A stretch of DNA of 60,096 nucleotides from Bauldia sp. GTDB lineage: Bacteria > Pseudomonadota > Alphaproteobacteria > Rhizobiales > Kaistiaceae. The stretch covers positions 1 through 60,096 of the forward strand of contig JBBDMC010000215.1 of assembly GCA_040878485.1 (NCBI GenBank). Direction: 5' to 3'. Below, one piece after another: positions 54,972 to 60,096 of the stretch. The position numbers and the translations under genes were made by a program. Positions within the stretch are counted from its first letter, which is position 1. Each line of letters opens with the position of its first letter. The notes beneath the pieces were generated by a model. That model did not search any database. It was not told the origin of the DNA and saw nothing but the letters and a program-made list of their open reading frames with translations.

Positions 54972-56042
54972 TTATTTGACGATCCAGCCGTCTGCGTAGA
55001 TTTGCGTGTGGTCCGGCCTGAAGCGCAATTGGGCACTGCCTTCCGGGATCGCTTCGTCCTCGGGAACCAGCAGCCTGATCGAGAAGCCGGCGTGCTGGGT
55101 CTCGACGATGCGGTAGCGTCCGGCATCGAGAACCTTGACGACCTCGACTGCTATCCCGTTCGGCGCGAAGCTCACGAATTCCGGTCTCACTCCGAGTTCC
55201 AGCGTCTTGCCGTTGCCGCGCCAGAGAGCGGCGTTCGTCGTGTCGACGGCCTCGCCGGCAATCACCGCTTTGCCGCCCGTCACTTCGCACGGCAGGATGT
55301 TCATGCCCGGCGAGCCGATGAAGTGGCCGACGAAGGTATGCTGCGGCCGCTCGAAGAGGTCGACCGGCGTACCGATCTGCACGATCTCGCCGTCCTTCAT
55401 GACCACGACCTGATCGGCGAAAGTGAGCGCCTCGGTCTGGTCGTGGGTGACGTAGATCATCGTGCGACGAATACGCTGCTGCAGTTCCTTGAGCTTGGAG
55501 CGCAGCACCCACTTGAGGTGCGGATCGATGACGGTGAGCGGCTCGTCGAACATGATGACGTTGACGTCCGAGCGAACGAGTCCACGACCGAGCGAGATCT
55601 TCTGCTTGCCATCGGCGGTGAGACCGGCGGCCCTGTGCTTTAGCATCGAATCGAGTTCCAGCATGGTCGCGACTTCGCGCACGCGAGCGTCGACATCACG
55701 CTCGCCGACCCGCCGGTTGCGGAGAGGAAAGGCGAGATTGTCGTATACGGTCATGGTGTCGTAGATGACCGGGAACTGGAAAACCTGGGCGATGTTTCGC
55801 TGCTCGGGTGTGGCGTCGGTGACGTCGCGGCCATCGAAGAGGATGCGACCCTCGGTCGGCTTGAGCAATCCGGAGATCAGGTTGAGCAACGTCGTCTTGC
55901 CGCAGCCGGACGGCCCGAGCAGCGCATAGGCGCCGCCGTCGGCCCATTCTAGGCTGAGCTTCTTGACCGCCCAATCCTCGGCGCGCCCGGGATTGGGAAA
56001 ATAGCTGTGGCGAAGGTCGCGGAGCACGATGTTGGCCATCAT
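54972..56042 (-). CDS. ABC transporter ATPase
   Basis: GPSGCGKTT and IYVTHDQ motifs. MalK-type with a degenerate signature motif (GKQKISLGRG). Confidence 0.9.
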   Translation of the reverse strand: MMANIVLRDLRHSYFPNPGRAEDWAVKKLSLEWADGGAYALLGPSGCGKTTLLNLISGLLKPTEGRILFDGRDVTDATPEQRNIAQVFQFPVIYDTMTVYDNLAFPLRNRRVGERDVDARVREVATMLELDSMLKHRAAGLTADGKQKISLGRGLVRSDVNVIMFDEPLTVIDPHLKWVLRSKLKELQQRIRRTMIYVTHDQTEALTFADQVVVMKDGEIVQIGTPVDLFERPQHTFVGHFIGSPGMNILPCEVTGGKAVIAGEAVDTTNAALWRGNGKTLELGVRPEFVSFAPNGIAVEVVKVLDAGRYRIVETQHAGFSIRLLVPEDEAIPEGSAQLRFRPDHTQIYADGWIVK

Positions 56043-57109
56043 TCGCCCCCTTCGACGCGCCGGTGATCCATGTCGAAGAAGAGCGTGTGGTTCATGTCGA
56101 CGAAAAACTTCGCGAGGGAGCCGACCTCAAAGGGGTGAATGCCGGTGGACTGCGAGACCCAGGTCTGTCCATTCAGATCGAAATGGACGACGCTCTCCGA
56201 GCCGCTAAGTTCGGCAATGAGCACAGTGCCGTCGATGGCAGCCGCCCCCACGCCGGGTGCTGTCGGCGTGATGTGATGCGGCCGGATGGCAATGATGTAG
56301 GCGCCGTCGGGCAGACCACGCGCGGCGCGGCCGACAGGCAGGCGGATTTGAGCGATGTAAACCTCATCGCCACGCTTTTGTACCTCAGCAGTATTGATCG
56401 GCGGGTCGGAAAACACTCGGGCCGTGACTAGGTCTACCGGCCGTCGATAGATGTGGGCGGTCTCGCCGAACTGGGTGATGCGGCCGGCGTGGAGGGTGGC
56501 TGTGTTGCCAGCGAAAAGCAGCGCCTCAGTCGGTTCGGTTGTGGCGTAGACGACGATGCAGTTGCGGCCGGCGAAGAACCTCGGCAGCTCGTCGCGGAGT
56601 TCCTCGCGGAGCTTGTAATCGAGGTTGGCGAGCGGCTCGTCGAGGAGGATGACGTCGGAATCCTTGACCAGGGCGCGCGCGATCGCCGTCCGCTGTTGCT
56701 GCCCGCCGGAAAGTTCGTTCGGCCGCCGCTGCAGCATGGGAACAAGACGCAGGAGCTCGGCCGCCTGAGCCACACGCGGTTCGATCTCGGTCCGCTCGAG
56801 ACCGGCGACGCGGAGCGGAGACGCGATGTTTTCGTAGACCGTGAAGTTCGGATAGTTGATGAACTGCTGGTAGACCATCGACACGTTCCGCTTCTGCACC
56901 GGAACGCCGGTAACATTCTTGCCGCGAAACCAGATCGCTCCCGAAGTGGGCCGATCGAGGCCGGCCATGAGCTGCATGAGGGTGGTTTTGCCGGCCAGCG
57001 TCGGCCCAAGCAACGTGTTGAACGACCCCTCCTCCAGGACGAGATTAGTCTCGTGAATATGGAGGTCGGCGCCGACGCGCTTGGTGACGTTTCTCAGCTC
57101 AAGGGACAT
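56039..57109 (-). CDS. ABC transporter ATPase
   Basis: GPTLAGKTT and LSGGQQQR motifs. ATG at 57109. It overlaps the downstream gene by 4 nt. Confidence 0.9.
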   Translation of the reverse strand: MSLELRNVTKRVGADLHIHETNLVLEEGSFNTLLGPTLAGKTTLMQLMAGLDRPTSGAIWFRGKNVTGVPVQKRNVSMVYQQFINYPNFTVYENIASPLRVAGLERTEIEPRVAQAAELLRLVPMLQRRPNELSGGQQQRTAIARALVKDSDVILLDEPLANLDYKLREELRDELPRFFAGRNCIVVYATTEPTEALLFAGNTATLHAGRITQFGETAHIYRRPVDLVTARVFSDPPINTAEVQKRGDEVYIAQIRLPVGRAARGLPDGAYIIAIRPHHITPTAPGVGAAAIDGTVLIAELSGSESVVHFDLNGQTWVSQSTGIHPFEVGSLAKFFVDMNHTLFFDMDHRRVEGGE

Positions 57110-57157
57110 CGCGCGATTGCCAAGTCCGTGCATGCTCGTCCAATTCTCGCACAGATT

Positions 57158-57191
57158 CCCTCCGGAGCGCATTGCGGTGCGCTCCGGAGGG
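57158..57191 (-). other. Perfect 13-bp GC-rich hairpin between the SBP and ATPase genes
   Basis: CCCTCCGGAGCGC-attgcggt-GCGCTCCGGAGGG. Confidence 0.55.
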
Positions 57192-57215
57192 CCTGGATCG
57201 GGGAGGGAACGTGCC

Positions 57216-58961
57216 CTACTGGTGCTCGGTCCAGCGCTTCACCAGCTCGTCATAGTTGACCGTCTCGCCCGGCGGCTTCTCGTTGGCGAGCTTGGCCCAC
57301 GGGGCGTGCTCGGTGCTGAGCCACTTGCTCGGATCGCTCTCCGGGTTAAGCCGCGGGCCGCAACCGTTATAGACCTGCTTGGCTTCGTCGACTGCCTGCA
57401 TGCGGGCCATGGTCACGTCCATTTCCGCTGCGAGGCGATCGAGGGCCTGCTGGGCCGTGAAGGCACCGGAGTTGACGTCGCCGATGTGCTGCCAGAAGAG
57501 CTGGGCGAGCTTCGGATAGTCGGGGACGTTGACGCCGGTGGGGGTCCAAGCTACGCGGTCCGGCGAGCGATAGAACTCGATCAGACCACCAAGCTTCGGC
57601 GCGCGCTCGTCGAAGGACTTATGCCGCACCGTGCTATCGCGGATGAACGTCAGACCGACATGGCTCTTCTTGACGTCGACCGTCTTGGAGACCACGAACT
57701 GGGCATAGAGCCATGCGGCTTTACGCCGGTCGACTGGTGTGGATTTGAAGAGCGTCCACGAACCGACGTCCTGATAGCCGCGCTGCGAACCTTCCTTCCA
57801 GTACGGACCGTGGGGCGCCGGAGCCATCCGCCAGAGCGGCGTGCCGTTGTCGTCAACGGTGTTGTTGCCGGCGCTCTTCGGGGCCACCATGGAAGCGCCG
57901 AAGGCCGTGTACCAGAAGATCTGTTGGGCGACGACGCCCTGCGACAGGGCGGGTAACGACGTGTAGAAGTCGAGGTCGGCGGCACCCGGAGGCGCATATT
58001 CCCTCAGCCAATCATTCCACTTGTTGACGGCATAGACTGCAGCCGGGCTGTTCGCCCCGCCGCCGCGCGACACCGAGGCGCCAACGGGGTTGCAGCTCCC
58101 CTTCTCCATGCGGATGCCCCATTCGTCGACCGGGCGGCCGTTCGGAATACCGACGTCGGCTTCACCGGCCATCGAGAACCAGGCGTCGGTCATGCGCCAG
58201 CCAAGGTCGGGTGCGCGCTTGCCGTAGTCCATGTGGCCGTACACCTTGACGCCGTCGATCTCCTTCACGTCGTTGGTGAAGAAGTCGGCGATGTCCTCAT
58301 AGGCCGACCAGTTGATCGGGACACCCAGCTCGTAGCCGTATTTGGCCTTGAACTTGTCCTTCAGGTCCTGGCGATCGAACCAGTCCTTGCGGAACCAGTA
58401 GAGGTTGGCGAACTGCTGGTCGGGCAGCTGCCACAGCTTGCCGTCCGGCCCGGTGGTGAACGACTTGCCCATGAAGTCGTCGATGTCGAGCATGGGGTCA
58501 GTCACGTCCTTGCCCTCGCCCGCCATCCAGTCGGTGAGGTTGATCGCGCTTTGCAGGCGCGAGTGCGTGCCGATCAGGTCGGAGTCGTTGATGTATCCGT
58601 CGTACAGATTGCGGTTGGTCTGCATCTGGGTCTGCACGGCCTGGACGACTTCACCTTCGCCCAGTTCCTGATGGTTGACCTTGATCCCGGTGATTTCCTC
58701 GAAGGCCTTGGTCAGGACCGTCGATTCATAATCGTGGACCGGAAGTGGTCCTTCCGACAGGACGTTGATTTCCATGCCCTGGAAGGGCTTGGCGGCCTCG
58801 ATGAACCACTGCATTTCCTTTAGTTGATCTTCTTTCGACAGCACCGAAAGCTGGAATTCGGAATCGATCCACTTCTTCGCGGCGGCTTCGTCCGCGAAAG
58901 CAGAGGACGCTCCGAACGCCATCAGCAGCGCAGCTGCTGATACCGTTGCTCGGATCGACAT
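57216..58961 (-). CDS. Large (581 aa) ABC transporter substrate-binding protein, glycerol-transporter type
   Basis: Signal peptide MSIRATVSAAALLMAFGASSAFA. It lies directly downstream of glpD and upstream of the two ATPases, two permeases and DUF2160. Confidence 0.8.
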   Translation of the reverse strand: MSIRATVSAAALLMAFGASSAFADEAAAKKWIDSEFQLSVLSKEDQLKEMQWFIEAAKPFQGMEINVLSEGPLPVHDYESTVLTKAFEEITGIKVNHQELGEGEVVQAVQTQMQTNRNLYDGYINDSDLIGTHSRLQSAINLTDWMAGEGKDVTDPMLDIDDFMGKSFTTGPDGKLWQLPDQQFANLYWFRKDWFDRQDLKDKFKAKYGYELGVPINWSAYEDIADFFTNDVKEIDGVKVYGHMDYGKRAPDLGWRMTDAWFSMAGEADVGIPNGRPVDEWGIRMEKGSCNPVGASVSRGGGANSPAAVYAVNKWNDWLREYAPPGAADLDFYTSLPALSQGVVAQQIFWYTAFGASMVAPKSAGNNTVDDNGTPLWRMAPAPHGPYWKEGSQRGYQDVGSWTLFKSTPVDRRKAAWLYAQFVVSKTVDVKKSHVGLTFIRDSTVRHKSFDERAPKLGGLIEFYRSPDRVAWTPTGVNVPDYPKLAQLFWQHIGDVNSGAFTAQQALDRLAAEMDVTMARMQAVDEAKQVYNGCGPRLNPESDPSKWLSTEHAPWAKLANEKPPGETVNYDELVKRWTEHQ

Positions 58962-59095
58962 AGTTGTTTCCTCCTTGGGTGCGCTTCTACGATGCGGCTA
59001 CCGGACGGGGCGCACACTCGCCGTCGCGGCATCTTTCACTCCCAGCGGCCGGCGCTCGGCCGTTCTGCCGCTGAGGAACGAAGCTCGATAGATCG

Positions 59096-60096
59096 TCATG
59101 ACCTGGATCCTCCGACGGCGGCGCGCTGCGGGTTGCGATCGGATGACCGCAGGTACCCGGCGAGCGCCGCGCGCTGATCGGGGGTGAAGCGCAGTCCGAG
59201 TTTGGAGCGCCGCCAGAGGATGTCGTCGGCGGTCTCGGCCCACTCGTGGGCGACGAGATAGTCGACCTCGCGCTCGGTCAATCCGGCGCCGAGATCACGG
59301 CCGAGATCGGTTGCCGCCGAAACGCCGGCGAGCAGGGTATCGACGCGCGAACCGTAGGCGCGGCAGAACCTGCCAACGAGGGCGGCGCCGAGGAAGGCGA
59401 AGCGGTGCGCGACGCCCTCCGTCCACTCACCGAACGAGGTGACGGGAACATCACCGCCGGGCAGTCGTGCGGCGCGCGTCCACGGCGGGCGCATCTCGGG
59501 AAACGTGCCGGCCAACTCCTCCAGCGCGTGCTCGGCGAGGCGCCGGTAGGTGGTGATCTTGCCACCGATGATCGACAAAAGCGGCGGCTTTCCGGCGGGC
59601 GCGTCAAGCTGCAAAACGTAGTCGCGAGTCGCCTCCTGAGCTTTGGTGGCGCCATCGTCGAAGAGCGGCCGGACCCCAGCATAGGTCCAGCGAATCATGG
59701 CGCGGGTGATGGGTCGCTCGAGGTATTGGCTGACCGCGGCCAGCAGGTAGTCGGTCTCGTGCTCGCTGATGGCCGCGACAGCAGGGTCGCCGACGTAGTC
59801 CTCGTCGGTGGTGCCGATGAGGGTGAAGTCGTGTTCGTACGGGATGGCGAAGCAGACGCGTCGGTCGGCGTTCTGAAAGATGTAGGCCCGATCGTGCTCG
59901 AACACCCGGTCGACAACGATGTGGCTGCCTTTGACAAGCCTCACCCGGGTTGGAACGTTGAGACCCGCGGTTTCCGAGATGACCTCGGAAACCCAGGGGC
60001 CGCCGGCGGTGACCAGGGCTCGCGCCGAGAACTCGAAACGTGTTGCGTCGCGTTGATCCTCCAATGTCAGGCGCCAAGTTCCGTCGACGCGACGCG
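59096..60096 (-). CDS. glpD: Glycerol-3-phosphate dehydrogenase (C-terminal part; the gene continues beyond the window)
   Basis: GlpD-like translation (VKGSHIVV, FIFQNADRRVCFAIPYE.DFTLIGTTD, ILWRRSKLGL). The frame is open to the window edge. Confidence 0.85.
   Translation of the reverse strand, partial: RRVDGTWRLTLEDQRDATRFEFSARALVTAGGPWVSEVISETAGLNVPTRVRLVKGSHIVVDRVFEHDRAYIFQNADRRVCFAIPYEHDFTLIGTTDEDYVGDPAVAAISEHETDYLLAAVSQYLERPITRAMIRWTYAGVRPLFDDGATKAQEATRDYVLQLDAPAGKPPLLSIIGGKITTYRRLAEHALEELAGTFPEMRPPWTRAARLPGGDVPVTSFGEWTEGVAHRFAFLGAALVGRFCRAYGSRVDTLLAGVSAATDLGRDLGAGLTEREVDYLVAHEWAETADDILWRRSKLGLRFTPDQRAALAGYLRSSDRNPQRAAVGGSRS

Noticed and set aside
54097-55512. Upstream part of the 737-aa ORF 53299..55512. 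The long ORFs 25961..27715, 48336..50225 and 49439..50779 show similar extensions.
   Set aside because: Each is a genuine gene at its 3' end extended through the upstream gene in a shadow frame. They were trimmed to starts consistent with operon junctions, ribosome-binding sites and family-typical N-termini.
1-60096. Whole-window search for tRNA/rRNA genes, CRISPR arrays, insertion sequences, integrases, toxin-antitoxin pairs or defence-system genes
   Set aside because: I saw no T-loop-like or anticodon-arm-like tRNA signatures and no spaced repeat arrays. No transposase, integrase or nuclease-like translations appeared in any frame. Every sizeable gap is accounted for as a promoter or spacer region.

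Overview
This 60 kb window is visibly GC-rich and Rhizobiales-like in gene content. It is almost entirely devoted to carbohydrate and organic-acid uptake and catabolism. I found no rRNA, tRNA, CRISPR, transposase or integrase signal.

Gene content, left to right:
1. An oxidative uronate-type cluster: a ManD-type enolase (5' partial), a DapA-family enzyme and a uronate dehydrogenase-like gene.
2. A mirror-image pair of paralogous modules (about 2.8-13.4 kb). Each has a TctC-like binding protein, a TctA-TctB fusion permease and a convergent, unusual methyltransferase-like gene. They flank an orphan PaaK-like adenylating ligase and an outer-membrane beta-barrel.
3. A complete Rhizobium-type L-rhamnose locus (rhaDI divergent from rhaRSTPQUK).
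4. A GH51 arabinofuranosidase operon with a family-5 (peptide-type) ABC transporter and a long ArsR-type regulator.
5. A short glycoside-hydrolase gene remnant.
6. An uncharacterised TetR-controlled locus. It holds four Gfo/Idh/MocA oxidoreductases, a DUF993 protein, a xylose-isomerase-like TIM barrel and a CUT1 ABC transporter.
7. An apparently 5'-truncated LVIVD-repeat gene preceded by an 8-bp tandem repeat.
8. A GH127 beta-L-arabinofuranosidase with a LacI regulator and a CUT1 ABC transporter.
9. A glycerol-type ABC transporter (with a DUF2160 small membrane protein) downstream of glpD (5' partial).

The two best candidates for undescribed biology are the mirrored TTT/methyltransferase-like/ligase/OMP block and the DUF993/oxidoreductase locus.

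Many long ORFs in the six-frame track are shadow or read-through frames typical of high-GC DNA and were rejected or trimmed. All function calls rest on my recognition of family motifs in the translations. No database search was run.
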